Shown here piece after piece: positions 1 through 14,100 of a DNA stretch of 64,000 bases. The notes beneath the pieces were generated by a model. That model made no database searches and had not been told where the DNA came from. It saw only the letters and a list, made by a program, of their open reading frames with translations. Made by a program: the position numbers and the translations under genes. Positions within the stretch are counted from its first letter, which is position 1. The number at the start of each line of letters is the position of its first letter. The DNA comes from Eledone cirrhosa (lineage: Eukaryota), in the NCBI GenBank assembly GCA_964016885.1, contig OZ024744.1, forward strand, positions 108,252,001 to 108,316,000, read 5' to 3'.

Positions 1-745
1 CAAATCTTAGGTTCATAGGTTTCCCACTATCATTGTTCAATTCATCTACCACTAAGTTTAGGATATCAACCAAATCTTGTCCTAGCCCGTCAGCATTCAT
101 CTCCTCAGTGGCCATATCTCTGTTCCAGGTATTATTTATCTCAGCATTCAGATCATTGTCTGCTTTGGGTGGTTCCTCCGTTCTCTCGACCTCTTCACCT
201 TCATTTCCCACTGGCTCGTTTGCCTGGCATACTCCACTCTCCATCTCCAAGCTAATCTCTCTGCTCAGTTCCTCCAGTTCCAGCTCGCTTATCCACCCAT
301 TAGTTCTAATTACCCGAACCTGCCCGGCCAATTTTTGTTCATCTAATTTAAATAGACCAATCTCGTTCCAGATGTTATGCATCCGTTTCCTATAGCCTTT
401 CTCCTTGGGGTTACTCTAACATTACACAACAGTTTTATTCAATTCTTTCGTTCAGTTGGTTCTGGTCCCTTTCGTTCTTCTTCCTCCGACACCAGCAGTA
501 TTTGGTTGACAGCCAGGTCCCTGCTGCTGAGCCAGGGAGCACCTGTTGGGTGAGAGTCTGTCACATGACATTCTAGTCTCCATTTCACCGTTATTCAAAC
601 TGTTTAGGTTCGACATTTAAACACTGTTATCGAGGATTGGCGAATGTATGGTTACATAACCACCGGTGATTTCATCACCTCCGGTGATTTCGTCACTCCC
701 GGTGATTTTTGTGTGGCATTATCACGCTGTAGACGAGCATAAATA
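1..745 (-). mobile_element. R4/Dong-type LINE (family C), 5' region and ORF N-terminus, running off the window edge
   Basis: Highly similar by eye to 62615-63330, which lies 5' of a recognisable RLE-clade RT (SPSPDGVQGYWIK, YRPITCL, QKGC). Confidence 0.7.
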
Positions 746-1019
746 AACAAACAAACAAACAGGCAAAAAACCCCCCCAAAATGAATAAGCATAAGTTTCA
801 TTGTAATGTAATGTTTGAATGTCTGACTTAGTTTTTTTTCTCTCCTTCTCTGTCCGTCTGTTTGTTTTTCTCTTTATTTTTCTTTTCTTTACGTTTTTCG
901 TTGTTGCTGTGCTGCTTTGATTTTGATTTTTGGTTTTTTGATTTTGACCGGGTCATCAATTCAGTCTATTTATATATTTTGATGCCTTCCTCGTTTAGTG
1001 GGGACAATACGGTGTAGCA

Positions 1020-1830
1020 GGGGGTAGCGGGAGAGTATAGCGGCGATAGTGATAATGAGGCAGCGGTGGTGGTGGTGGTGGCGGTGCTGTGCTAGCAGTA
1101 CCTAGCAGGAGGTAGTGGGAGAGAATAGCGGCGGTAGCGATAATGAGGCAGTGGTGGTGGTGATGTGATCGTAGTACTGTAGTGATGGTGTTGAAGTTGG
1201 AGTAGAAATAGCGGTTGAGGCGACTTGACCATAGTTTTCATCGTGGTAGTGGTGGTGGTGTTGGTGGTGAAATTATCTTTAGCTATTTAGCTATTTAGTA
1301 ATTTTGCCATTTTACTTCTTTTCGACTCTAACATTCCTGATCCAAAATTAAATATTAATCTTGTTTATTAATATTGTCTAGTGATACCGCCACCTTCCCC
1401 TTTTGTAAGTTAACAGAAGGTAATAGTGGAATAGCGGTGGTAGCAATGAAGGAGTGGTGGCGGCGGCGATGGGATAGTGGTAATAATGATGGATGGGTGG
1501 TGGCGGCGGTGACTGTAGTGATGGCGTTGTCGTTACTGAGTTTTGTTGAATAGACTGTATTTTTGTTTGATCGGTGAATCTATGGTGTTAGTCGCGTATA
1601 TGTGTTGACATATTACCTTAATATTGGAATTAAACATTTTGTGAAGACTTGAGACAATAATAATAGTAATTATAATTATTATGCTGGGATTGGTGGTGGT
1701 GGTGGTGAAATTGCCGTTATCTGGCTGTTGTATTTAGTGTACACAGAGGAGTGATGGGGTAGGTGGTGTATCTAGTTTGTGGTGTTGGTGAAATTGCTGT
1801 TATTTGGCTGTTCTATATAGTGTAGACAGA
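1020..1830. repeat. Degenerate GGT/GGC-rich low-complexity repeats
   Basis: Recurring units such as GAGAGTATAGCGGCGATAG..GAGGCAGCGGTGGTGG and GGTGGTGAAATT. Confidence 0.6.
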
Positions 1831-1844
1831 GGGGGTTTTCTTCC

Positions 1845-1846
<2 letters not shown>

Positions 1847-1879
<33 letters not shown>
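1847..1879. repeat. (ATT)n microsatellite at the 3' end of Dong copy A1
   Basis: Seen directly. Confidence 0.95.
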
Positions 1880-1880
<1 letters not shown>

Positions 1881-3414
1881 AGTTGCATTTATCTTGCTTT
1901 ATGTTCATACGAGTTATCACCAAGTCACAACCAGTGACCTCAAGAGACAACAAGGTCCGCCATGTTCAAGAAAGAACATACATATTCACACATGCATCTT
2001 TAGTGTTTAGACTTGTGATGTACTTATATTGACAGAATCTTCCTTAGTATATGGGCAGTTCCCATTAGTACTATCTTTTGTATTTCTCCTATACGCGGGT
2101 TTCCTGGGATTTGCAATAAGTAATCATTAGCCCCCTTAGGTATCATTCCCAGAGCGCCTACAACCACTGGTATTGTTTTAGTTCTCAATTTCCACATTTT
2201 TCCAATTTCTATCTCCAGGTCCTTATACTTGCTCAATTTTTCAAATGTTTTTATAGATACATTCTTGTCTATTGGAACAGACATATCAATTAGCAGGCAT
2301 ACCCTCTTTTGAAAGTCTTTCAATATTATATCAGGTCTGTTTGCATCTATTTTTCGGTCTGTTTGGATGCTAAAGTTCCACAAGATTGAGATGTGATCTT
2401 TTTCAAGTATGGGAGGTGGTTGATGCTCCCACCAATTCTTTTGATGGGGCAGGTCAAAATGCTTACACATTATCCAATGTATGTATTGTGCAGCTCTGTC
2501 ATGCCTGTTGAAATTATATGATCAATGGTCTCTGGTTGTTTTTTACATACACGGCATAATGGGCTGCATCCATTTTTTATTATGTTGGCTTGGTAATTTT
2601 TTGTTGGCAGACACTGATCTTGTGCTGATATAATCAGTCCTTCAGTCTCCGATTTCAGTCCAGAAGATGCCAACCACTGATGGGTTAAAGTTTTGTCAAC
2701 ATCAGGATTGTTAGCTCGTTCTGGGTATTTTCCATACAGAGGCTTTTCTTGCCATTTCTTAGCCAGTTACTGTAGCAGTTCTTTCTTTGCAGTTACTTTT
2801 ACCTGCTTTGCTTTTTCTGTGTTTTCCATTTCAGCAGTAAATGGGACTTCTGAAATTTGTAGTCCATTACTGTATCTTTGTGCATCTTTTGTAATGGAAT
2901 ATGATCTTTTGATGCTTTCGTGTTTCAAAACCAGTTTGATCTTCCAATCATGTGATTCCCTTAGATATGTAGATAATCCAATTGTTGCAGTTTTCAACGC
3001 AATGTCTAACTGGATTAACCCACGTCCTCCTTCTTTCCTAGGGAGATATATTCTATCTATATCTGCCTTAGGGTGATGCATTCTGTGCATGGTTAAGAAT
3101 TTTCGAATTTTTGTATCGAGCCTACGGATCTCTGTGCTTGACCAGTTGATGACATTGTAACTGTAGGTTACTACTGGTATGGCAAGCGTGTTTATGGCAT
3201 CGATCCTATTCCTTGCATTCGATTCCGTTCTTAAGATTGCTCTTACTCTGCGGTAACATTCCTTCCTTATCCTTTCCCTCATTGTCGAGTGCTTGATTCC
3301 GTCTCCTTCACAAGCACCTAGATATTTGTAAGTTTTTTCTTGATCAAGTTCTCTTATCACGTTCCCCCGATCAAGATTAATGTCTGAACTCTTCAGCAGC
3401 TTTCCTCTGGTGAA
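1880..3414 (-). mobile_element. R4/Dong-type LINE copy A1, 5'-truncated (RT C-terminus, zinc knuckle, restriction-like endonuclease)
   Basis: YKYLG, RIYLPRKEGGRGL, CRVC..ETIDHIIS, RPDIILKD..LIDMSVP..EKLSKYKDL. 3' UTR abuts (TAA)n on its own strand. Confidence 0.9.
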
Positions 3415-4962
3415 CGGCACTACACTAAGAGAATACGAAGCGGTGACAGGAGCAATGATCAACCAGGAAAAGTCAGTGGGCCTGCAGCTCGGCACCTGGA
3501 GAGGCAGGTCCATGCCGTCCAACAGCGTCGTCGGGCGCTGGACGGACGGACCGGTTAAATTGCTAGGGGTCTGGTTCGGTTCGGACCTCCAGACGGACAA
3601 AAACTGGGACGAGGTGACGAGCAGGGTGGCTTCTCTCACCCAGAAAGGTCGAGCGGAGGTGGCTAACGCGTACATCGCGTCTGTCATCTGCTACCGCCTA
3701 ACCGTCGTACCTTGTCCTAAGCCTCGCCTGACTGCGCTGGAGCGTTTGCTCTTTCGCTTTTTGTGGAAGGGACGTGCTCCGATGGTCAGGCGTTCCATCT
3801 GTTGTCAACACCCGCTACGTGGAGGGCTGGGCATGCCGTGGCTGATGATGCGCAGGCACGCGCTCAGGCTACGACATCTCCACCTCTTCCTCGACGGTGA
3901 TCAGGTGTGGTCGCCGTTTGCTAGACGCGTTTTTCCCCAGCTCGTTTCCTTGACGGAGCTGCAGTCCTGGGTCAAGCGAAGACCGAGAGGGAGCGCCTGG
4001 AGACTGGAATGTCTTCAGGCGCTCACAGCCCTCGACCAATCGGGCAATGTGATCGGTGGAAACTCCACCTCGGCGTTCTATAGAGGATTAGTGGAGGGGA
4101 AGAGCGACGACGTACTTGGGGAAACTCTAGGCGTCGACGAAAATCAACTAGCCAATCTCTTCGGAAGAACTTTCGGGCCGGGGCCTATGGACAACTTCCA
4201 GAAATCTCTGGCCTGGCAGTGCTACCGAGGAGCCTTGCCAGTTCGGGATAAACTCTACAGGCATGGAGGTGCCGTCAGCCGGGCATGTCCGAGATGCGCG
4301 CAGGGCGACGAAACCGTCCTGCACGCACTCGTCCAGTGTCCGAAAATTGCTGACTTGTGGGTTTATGTCGAACACCTGCTGTCGCGTTTAGGACGGATCC
4401 AGCTATCATCTGAGTCTATCGTGAGGATTGCCCCGCCCTCCTCCTTTAGCCGGGAAGGGCAGGCAGTTTTTATCTGTCTGGTGGCCATGGCGAAAGAGAT
4501 AGTATGGTGGACACGTTTGAAAGGGCTGAAGACGAGCACTTACCTCTTCGGTGATGCTCTGATTGACTTTTTCAAATTTCATTTGAAAAGGAAAATCAGA
4601 GTAGAGAAGGAAGTGCTCTCTTCCCAGCATTTTGTTGAAAGATGGGTGAGAGAAGCAAGAATGGCCCGAGTGAATGGGCCGACTCTGAGTATATATCTGT
4701 AAACTAAAGGTGGAAAACTGGGAGAGGGCACTTGCCTTGGTGGTCAGGGTCATTGTGGCTTTTTACTGGGCTTTCTCCACAAATGTCCCTCCGAAGTCTC
4801 CCCCCTATTGGGGAATTTTTCATTGTTATTTTCATTGTTATTTTTGTTACATCCTCTGTTTTTGTTTTTTTACACGCAGAAATGCCCATTTGTACCGTCC
4901 TGCATTGTCCTGCACTGTCCTTAATGTCTACTTTATGTAAACCCTTGTGGTTAATAAAGAAA

Positions 4963-4963
<1 letters not shown>
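3415..4963 (+). mobile_element. Tx1/L1-clade LINE 3' fragment
   Basis: Near-identical to 9474-11051; CPRC..ETVLHALVQC motif; ends AATAAAGAAATC followed by (ATT)n. Confidence 0.9.
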
Positions 4964-5006
<43 letters not shown>

Positions 5007-5027
5007 GTTATTATTATTATTATTATT
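4964..5027. repeat. (ATT)n microsatellite between two Tx1 copies
   Basis: Seen directly. Confidence 0.95.
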
Positions 5028-5243
5028 GAATGCCATGGTTGACGGAGGCTCGGCTCTGTAAGGTATAGTAATTTTTAACCGTTAAAACAATTGTAAATTG
5101 TTTAAAACTTGAACCAAATTGTTGATAAAGACACCCTCCTCCTCGTGAGAGGGGTCTTTCTGTCCGTTATTTGGTCCTTCGGGGTTAAATAACCAGTTAT
5201 TGGGGTTTTGTACCCAAAATTTCATTTTAAACAAAAAAACAAC

Positions 5244-7336
5244 ATGGCTACGAAAAAGAAATTTCATACGTCACTCCCACTCATTCCGTCTTCTTCTTCC
5301 TCAATCATCACTACAGCAGAGAGAAGATTGTCTCTCTCCCTCCCTTCTTTAAATGTGTCTCTCTCCCTCCCTTCTCTTTCGCTAGTGACGAAAGAAAAGA
5401 AAAGTCTCGTGCAAAGCGTGCAAGGTTTCTCCACGACGACGACGACAGCGACGAAACAGGTGTGCGGGAAATACGAAAACCCAGTTCATTCGTCTGACGT
5501 CAGGAATAATAGCAGTAGCAGCCGTAATAACAACAGCAACAGTGACAATGAAAACAACAGTAGCAGCCGCAACAGCATCACCAGCAGCATAAACAACAAC
5601 AGCATTAGCAGCAGCAACACCAACAACAACCACAGCAACAGCGGCGGAGGCAGTAGTCGTAGTACCTGCAGCAACAAAAGTACCAGCAGCTCTGACGACA
5701 ACAACAACAGCAGAGAAAAACCAATCTCATTTGCAGGTATTGCGAAAAACTTGGAAACAATCCTCATAACAAATGAGGAATTAGAGGAAGCGAAGAAGAT
5801 GGTGACAAAGAACGGACACCGAGCAATCTGCAAGGCAGCGAAAAATTTTTTCGAAACCCAAGAGCACTGTACGGTCACGTACCGTACAGTAAGTACAAAA
5901 TCCCGTAGGGTGGAAAGAGCCACAGAGGCCCAAATACAAAAAGCCTTGGGGTCTGTGTGGCAGAGGAAAACGCACATCACCCGAGGCAAAAAATACGCCA
6001 CCGTAGACATACTTTTTGCCACACCCCAGGAGGCAAAGGCCCAATCAGTAGTGACCCTAAGGAGCGTGGAAATGGTGTTGGTGCCCTCCTACTGCGGGCA
6101 AAAAATTGTGAGGGTCAAACTGACCCACGTCCCCCCCGGAATGACCCCTTCTTGGCTGGCCGCGTCTGTCCTCGTCGGAATCGAGGACAAAACAACTGTA
6201 CTGCAAGTACAGAAAAAAGTAAGAGAAGATTGGGTCGGCTCCTCCATTGAGATGCTAATCCAAACCAACCAGGAGTGCATCGAAGCTATCCCGGATGTGA
6301 TAGACTTCGATAACGGCACTCAACTGCCATAAGTGTTGAGGGCAAACGCCCGAAATGCTTTCGCTGTGGATCGAAGACTCACCTCAGGGCCTTCTGCAAC
6401 GAGAAGACCCTGAGAAAGGAGAAAACCCCCCTCCTTCCGAATCCGGCTCCACGGCTACCAGCAACAGGACAAGCGGCAACCAGGAACGATAGGTCCGTGG
6501 CACCCATACCCACTCCACGGAAATCAAAGACAGCAGCAGCAGTGGAAATATTAACAACAACAACAGCAATACCAAATGCAGCTGCAACAGAGACTCCAGT
6601 GCAAACATCACCAACAACAACAAGTGAAAGAGTGGAGCTGGTACCCCTCCCCGACCTTACAGAATCAGACATGGAGTGTGAGGTGGGAGAGGAATGGCAA
6701 AAGGTCGCAAGAAGGCACAAACGCAGAAGCAGCGCATCGTCGCCTTTGAAAAGGGAGGAAAGAAATGAGAAAAGGGTAAAGTCTACTGCAAAGAGACCCA
6801 CAGCAGCAACACCACCAACACCATCACCACCCACACCAGCACCACCATCACCACCGGCGACAACCCCACCGCCAACAACACCTTCAACACCACCACCACA
6901 AGCACCAACATCGCAAACACAACAACAAAACACACACACCCAGCAACAACGACAAGAAAATAGCAGAACCACACCCCACCCCCAGAAAAACAAATGCACG
7001 GCAATAAACACACACAACAAGAAACTAATGACTTACATAATTGAACACACAGACATTTCACAACAGGACTACATAATACCAGCACCAATCAAAACGCCAA
7101 CTAACATAAGACTGCTAAAAATAGCACAGAAACAATACACAAACATTAAAACGAAATTCCCCAACGCAGTTGGTGATTTCAGGGACCTAGGAGGAACCAT
7201 CAATCGAAGAGTATATTCAGACATTCTCTTAGAAGAGCCGACGACCAGCCGAAGGGACGATTCAACGGTCCCTTCACCAGACGATCAAGTGAAAAGGGAT
7301 GTAAAAACCATCCCTCCTCTACCAAAAGTACGGTAA
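5244..7336 (+). pseudogene. Tx1 ORF1 (gag-like), frameshifted near 6330
   Basis: Ser/Asn-rich N-terminus; CFRCGSKTHLRAFC (CX2CX4HX4C) at ~6355-6397 after the frameshift; Pro/Thr-rich region. Confidence 0.8.
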
Positions 7337-7370
7337 GTGGTCTTTCCCATCTTTTCCACTCTATTTAAAC

Positions 7371-10300
7371 ATGACCTCACTCAGAATAGGCAGCATAAAT
7401 GCGGGTGGCTTGGGGTCGTCATGGAAGCAGGGTCACCTGCTCAACGACCTCAGGTCACTAAACATAGATGTAGTGGCCATCAGCGAGACCAGAATCTCCG
7501 AAGCACGGGCCTTCGCACCGATCTTCGGCGGCTACGATGTGTACGCATCTCCCAGCCGTCCTGGATCGGGTGGAGGAGTTGCTGTGCTTTTTCGGAGAGG
7601 TTTGGATCTCGCCATACGGGCCATCTTCCTGGACCCAGAGGGTAAGCTGGTGGTGCTGGACGTGACCAGCGGAGACGGGCAAGCTTTCAGGCTAGTGGCC
7701 GTCTATGCCCCGACAGGAGCAGGGCGGCCTGATTTCTTCCGGCGTCTGGAGACCTTTCTTGGAACGTCCCGCTCTTTAGTGTTAGTGGGCGACTGGAACG
7801 GGATCTTAGATGCACGCTGGGACTGTGTGGGATTAGCGGATAGGGGTGGAGGGTGCAAGAGCCTCACCAACCTGCTCAGGCGTTTTGAACTTCTGACAGG
7901 TACCGATTGGATTTCCCGAATGTGCCAATGTGGACTTGGACAAACCGCATAGGGTCATCCAGATCATATCTAGATAGAGTATTTTGTAGGGAAATAGATA
8001 GGTCTAGCATAGGCTGTCCACAATTCAAGATAGTCAGCTACACGGACCACAAATTCGTGATCTGTGTGCTTGACTTAGATAGACTTCATAGACGAGGACC
8101 CGGCTACTGGAAGCTAAACGCGTCCTTACCAGCGCGCAAGGCCTACAGAGACCGGATTAGCGAACTAGTTAAGCGGGCGTTGACGGGGTCCATCGTCAAC
8201 AACAAGTGGTGGTTTGCTCTGAAAAGAGCGATTAGAATAGAATCGATTAGGTTTAGTAAGGCTTTAGCAATAGAGAAAAATAGAGCAGAGGGAGAACTAG
8301 TTAGAAAATTAGACGAGGCGCTTAGCAAAGGCATTGCGACCGACGTGCTTGCGGCGAAATTGGCCCTTGACCAATTCTTCAATGCAAAGCACGAAGGCTG
8401 CGTTGTCAGAGCAAGGGTGCGTGCTCTCAGACACGAGGGGACGAAAGCCGTTCAATGGGCCCGAGTGGCGGAGGCGCGTCGTGGCAACAAAGCCACGATC
8501 CGGTCTTTGGTGGACCACGACGGGCGCATGCTACTCGATCCCGGGCAAATGTGTGAAGCTTTTCAGCGACACTTCGCTCAGCTGTTCGGGGGCAGCGGTG
8601 GGCCGGGTAGAGGGATGGACTTTAGTGTCTACCTCGACGGACTGCCGCGGCTCTCGGCCACTGAGGCGAAGTGTTGCGAAAAGCCGATAACAGCCGCTGA
8701 AGTAAGGGAGGCAATGACTGGCTGCACAAGGGGTAAATCGCCTGGTTTGGATGGTCTGCCCTATGAACTTTACGTACAGATGCCAGACTTGTTCGGAGGC
8801 CTCTTGGCGGACGTCTACTGCAACTGGCAACAGAACGGGAGAATTCCCAGTTCTGTGAGCCGAGGAGCGGTGGCACTGCTGAGAAAGGATCCAACAAGGG
8901 GGATAACATAGACAATTTCCGGCCCATAACTCTGCTAAACACAGAGTTCAAAATTTTGGCCAAGGTGTTAGCAAAGAGGTTGGCGCTTGTCGTTGGTGGT
9001 CTGGTGGGAGAGGCGCAGACATGCGCCATTCCCGACAGATCCATCCACGACAACCTCCACCTCATGCGATACATCATAGAGAGGGTAGCTAAGGAACCTG
9101 GCACGGGTGGGTCCTTGATCAATTTAGATCAGTCGAAAGCTTTCGATAGGGTCGACCATCGTTACCTAGCGGCAGTCCTGAGGGCGGCTGGCTTTGGGCC
9201 CGTCTTCAGAGGCTGGATCGCTGCCATGCACAGCGACATCTGCTCTGTGGTGAGAGTGAACGGTCACCTGTCGGAACCGTTCAACATCATGCGCTCGGTC
9301 CGCCAAGGATGTCCCCTCTCGTCCCTCTTGTACGTATTGACTCTCGAGCCATTACTGCACAAACTGGAGACGTTGAGGGGAGTCCCGCGCGAACTAGGAT
9401 GCGGAAGATCCGTGTCAGCATATGCGGACGATGTCACCGTAGTGGTGTCGAACGCCAAACACATCGAGGCGATCGGCACTACACTAAGAGAATACGAAGC
9501 GGTGACAGGAGCAATGATCAACCAGGAAAAGTCAGTGGGCATGCAGCTCGGCACCTGGAGAGGCAGGTCCATGCCGTCCAACAGCGTCGTCGGACGCTGG
9601 ACGGACGGACCGGTTAAATTGCTAGGGGTCTGGTTCGGTCCGGACCTCCAGACGGACAAAAACTGGGACGAGGTGACGAGCAGGGTGGCTTCTCTCACCC
9701 AGAAATGGGCGGAGAGGAAGCTATCCCTGAAAGGTCGAGCGGAGGTGGCTAACGAGTACATCGCGTCTGTCATCTGCTACCGCCTGACCGTCGTACCTTG
9801 TCCTAAGCCCCGCCTGACTGCGCTGGAGCGTTTGCTCTTTCGCTTTTTGTGGAAGGGACGTGCTCCGATGGTCAGGCGGTCCATCTGTTGTCAACACCCG
9901 CTACGTGGAGGGCTGGGCATGCCGTGGCTGATGATGCGCAGGCACGCGCTCAGGCTACGACATCTCCACCTCTTCCTCGACGGTGATCAGGTGTGGTCGC
10001 CGTTTGCTAGGCGCGTATTTCCCCAGCTCGTTTCCTTGACGGAGCTGCAGTCCTGGGTCAAGCGAAGACCGAGAGGGAGCGCCTGGAGACTGGAATGTCT
10101 TCAGGCGCTCACAGCCCTCGACCAATCGGGCAATGTGATCGGTGGAAACTCCACCTCGGCGTTCTATAGAGGATTAGTGGAGGGGAAGAGCGACGACGTA
10201 CTTGGGGAAACTCTAGGCGTCGACGAAAATCAACTAGCCAATCTCTTCAGAAGAACTTTCGGGCCGGGGCCTATGGACAACTTCCAGAAATCTCTGGCCT

Positions 10301-10788
10301 GGCAGTGCTACCGAGGAGCCTTGCCAGTTCGGGATAAACTCTACAGGCATGGAGGTGCCGTCAGCCGGTCATGTCCGAGATGCGCGCAGGGCCACGAAAC
10401 CGTCCTGCACGCCCTCGTCCAGTGTCCGAAAATTGCTGACTTGTGGGTTTATGTCGAACACCTGCTGTCGCGTTTAGGACGGATCCAGCTATCATCTGAG
10501 TCCATCGTGAAGATTGCCCCGCCCTCCTCCTTTAGCCGGGAAGGGCAGGCAGTTTTTATCTGTCTGGTGGCCATGGCGAAAGAGATAGTATGGTGGACAC
10601 GTTTGAAAGGGCTGAAGACGAGCACTTACCTCTTCGGTGATGCTCTGATTGACTTTTTCAAATTTCATTTGAAAAGGAAAATCAGAGTAGAGAGGGAAGT
10701 GCTCTCTTCCCAGCATTTTGTTGAAAGATGGGTGAGAGAAGCAAGAATGGCCCGAGTGAATGGGCCTACTCTGAGCATATATCTGTAA
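7371..10788 (+). pseudogene. Tx1 ORF2 (APE endonuclease + reverse transcriptase), frameshifted near 7900 and 8900
   Basis: SINAGGL, ISETR, VYAP, GDWN, YLDR, YTDH, KSPGLDGLP, DQSKAFDRVDH, RQGCPLS, YADD, CPRC..H..C. Confidence 0.92.
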
Positions 10789-11049
10789 ATTAAAGGTGGA
10801 AAACTGGGAGAGGGCACTTGCCTTGGTGGTCAGGGTCATTGTGGCTTTTTACTGGGCTTTCTCCACAAATGTCCCTCCGAAGTCTCCCCCCTATTGGGGA
10901 ATTTTTCATTGTTATTTTCATTGTTATTTTTGTTACATCCTCTGTTTTTGTTTTTTTTACACGCAGAAATGCCCATTTGTACCGTCCTGCATTGTCCTGC
11001 ACTGTCCTTAATGTCTACTTTATGTAAACCCTTGTGGTTAATAAAGAAA

Positions 11050-11051
<2 letters not shown>

Positions 11052-11102
<51 letters not shown>
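11052..11102. repeat. (ATT)n microsatellite shared tail-to-tail by Tx1 and Dong A2
   Basis: Seen directly. Confidence 0.95.
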
Positions 11103-11104
<2 letters not shown>

Positions 11105-14100
11105 AGTTGCATTTATCTTGCTTTATGTTCATACTATGTATCACCAAGTCACAACCAGTGACCTCAACAGACAACAAGGTCCACCATGTTCAAGAAAGAA
11201 CATAAATACATACACATGTATCCTTGATCATTCCCAGTCCTCCCACAATCACTGGTATTGTAACAGCCTTGAGGTGCCACATTTTCTCAATTTCAATAAG
11301 CAGATCTTTATATTTTCGTAGCTTGTCAAATTCTTTTGCAGAGATATTGTGATCACATGGGATGCTCATATCTATCAATAAACAGACCTTGTTATGTTGA
11401 TCTTTTACAATGATATCAGGTCTATTTGCTTTTATGGTCCTGTCAGTATGTCCCAGAGAATTGTTACTTTTTCTCCTTCAGTTACAGCCTCAGGGTGATG
11501 ATTGTACCACTTGTCTTCAGCTTTGATTTTGTAATGCCGACATATTACTCAGTGTAGATATTGGCCAACTCTGTCATTTCTATATTTGTATTCTACTGGT
11601 GCTAAAACTTTACATCCAGAGACTAAATGATCCACTGTTTCGACCTCAGCATTGCAGAATCGGCACTTTGGGTTTATTCCGTTTCTCATCACACTGGCCT
11701 GGTAATTACGAGTCAATAAGCTTTGATCTTGGGCAGCTAAGATGAAAATTCACTCTCCGCCTTTAGCTCTGAACTACGTAGCCACTGATGGGTGTGCTTT
11801 TGGTCAACATCAGCTTGTTTGCTACGGGCCACATATTTACCATGCAGAGGTTTCTGCTCCCACTTTGATGCTAATTGTCCTTGCCCTTTTGCTTTTGCCA
11901 TTGATTTTATGTGCCTAGCAGCAAGCATCAGTTGCAACAGTTTCTTTAGTCTGTCCAGCCTGGGTATCAAGCATGAGATCAGTAGCATATTTTTTGCTCT
12001 CCTTCAAGATAGAATGAAGCTTCTTATTTCTCTCATGCTTTTCAACAAGTTTCAGCATACAGTCGTTAGTTATTTCAAGGTATTTGGCCAGTCCAATGAT
12101 GGTGGTCTTGTAAGCAAGTTCAAATTGGATCAGACCACGGCCTCCTTGAGGTCTAGGAAGGTAAAGACGATCCACATCTGCTTTCGGGTGGTGCATCCTA
12201 TTACAGCTTACGGACTTTGGTGTCGATTCTTTTGAATTCACCCATATTCCAGTTCAACACACCGAAGCTATAAGTGACAGCTGGGACTGCCAAGGAATTT
12301 ATGGCTAGCACCTTGTTACGAGCGTTTAGTTCTGATCTCAGAACTGCACGTACTCTCCTGTAACATTCTTTCCTTATCCTCTCTTTCATACTTGCATGCT
12401 GTATGCCACAGCCCTCATTAATCCCTAAGTATTTATAGGTTTGTTCCTGCTCAAGTTCCTTTATGATTGTTTCAGCATCTAATTCAACTGAGTCTGAGTT
12501 GACAAGCCTCCCTTTCTTGAAAGTGGCTTTTGCACACTTATCAAGTTCAAACTCCATCCTGTTGTCATCGCTAAACGTTTTTACTGTCCGCAAAAGGCCT
12601 TCCAGTTCGTCATTATCTTTGCAATATAGCTTCAAATCATCCGTATAAAGTAGGTGGCTTATTTTTTGTTGTCAATTCTATAACTGTACCCTGTTCTATT
12701 AAGTTCGGATGTAAGGGGTATTAAAGCTATGCAGAAAAGCAAGGGTGAAAGTGAGTCACCTCGGAATATACTACAGTTAATGTTTATATTCCTACAGCAC
12801 AGTACCCCAGTGGAATGAGACAATTGGAGATTTGTGTTCCATAATGACATATTGTGTTTCAGGAAGTTTGAGATCACAGGTGAGATTTTGAAGATGTCCA
12901 GTGATTTCAGAATCCATGAGTGTGGTATGCTGTCAAAGGATTTTTTTTATAACCGATCCATCCAGAACTGAGATTTCTGTGTTTATTATGACAGTTCTCA
13001 AGGATCACACGATTAATCAAAAGTTGATCTTTGCAACCATATGAACCTCGTCGGCACCCTTTTTGTTCAATGGGGAAAAGATTGTTCTCCTCCAAAAACA
13101 CATATGCATTTTCCATGAGAATAGAGGTTAATAGTTTATAAGTGGTGGACAAGCAGGTTATGGGCCGATAGTCTTTTGGATCTTTGGTCCGTTGTTCTTT
13201 GGTAAAAGGTAGGTAATGCCACTTGCTATCCAATCAGGTGTATTTTTTGGAAATTTCATAATTCCATTAAACAGTTTGACCAATATATTGTGAGTGCACG
13301 GGAGTGAGGAAAGCTAGAGATTTGGCACCCTGTCTCTACCAGGAGATTTCCATTTATGAGATTTATTGAGTGCTGTCCTTAAGTCCAGAGATGTCTTCCC
13401 ACGCCTGTTCTTCTAAATTTGTGTAGGATTTTTCCAGGCGACTAATCCGATCTACATTAGCATTATATGTCTTCTCATCACTCCAAATCTTACGCCAGAA
13501 GTTTTCAACATCAATAATCATTTTTTTTCTTCCCTACTTCTCTATAAAATGACTTGGCATTGGATGAGAACAACTTATTTTGGCTGTAAAAGTTGTTTCG
13601 CTTCTCGAATCTACGAATTCGTTGGGCTTTTACTTGGACTTTTTGTTTCAGAGATTCTTTTGTTGAAATTATTGCTTCTCTATTTTCTCTTTAGCTTTCT
13701 TACCTTCTTGGATCTTATATCCTTTCCAGCGGTTAACTCACTCAATAAAGATATTTCTCCTCTTATTACGTCAATCTCCTTTTCGATTCTATTCCTCCAA
13801 ATTGGTTTACCTCGAAGGTTCGACTTATTTTTATTTTTTTTTTTGTGGTAAACAACTTGTTTCAATTACTCTAGCAGATGAATAAATGATTTCATTTAAC
13901 TCAGTAAGATCAGGTTCTAGTTCTTCTATGATTTCTTTTGTCACAGAATTACCAATCATTATTTGTTTTCTATTTTGGATTGTATTCGGGAGTTTTTGAA
14001 GTGGTTCTCTATCATTTATACTAGAATGTCTTACTACTGCAAGCTCATTCAGTATTTTTTGCTTTAATTCCTTCATAGTCTTCCTGTGTTCTTCAGCAGA

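Larger units (their letters stand above)
5028..11051 (+). mobile_element. Apparently full-length Tx1/L1-clade LINE (~6 kb) flanked by (ATT)n on both sides
   Basis: 5' UTR, ORF1 with CCHC knuckle, ORF2 APE-RT-zinc finger, 3' UTR with AATAAA. Confidence 0.92.

Noticed and set aside
2767-4702. Overlapping antiparallel long ORFs
   Set aside because: Read-through across a head-to-head Dong/Tx1 junction at ~3414.
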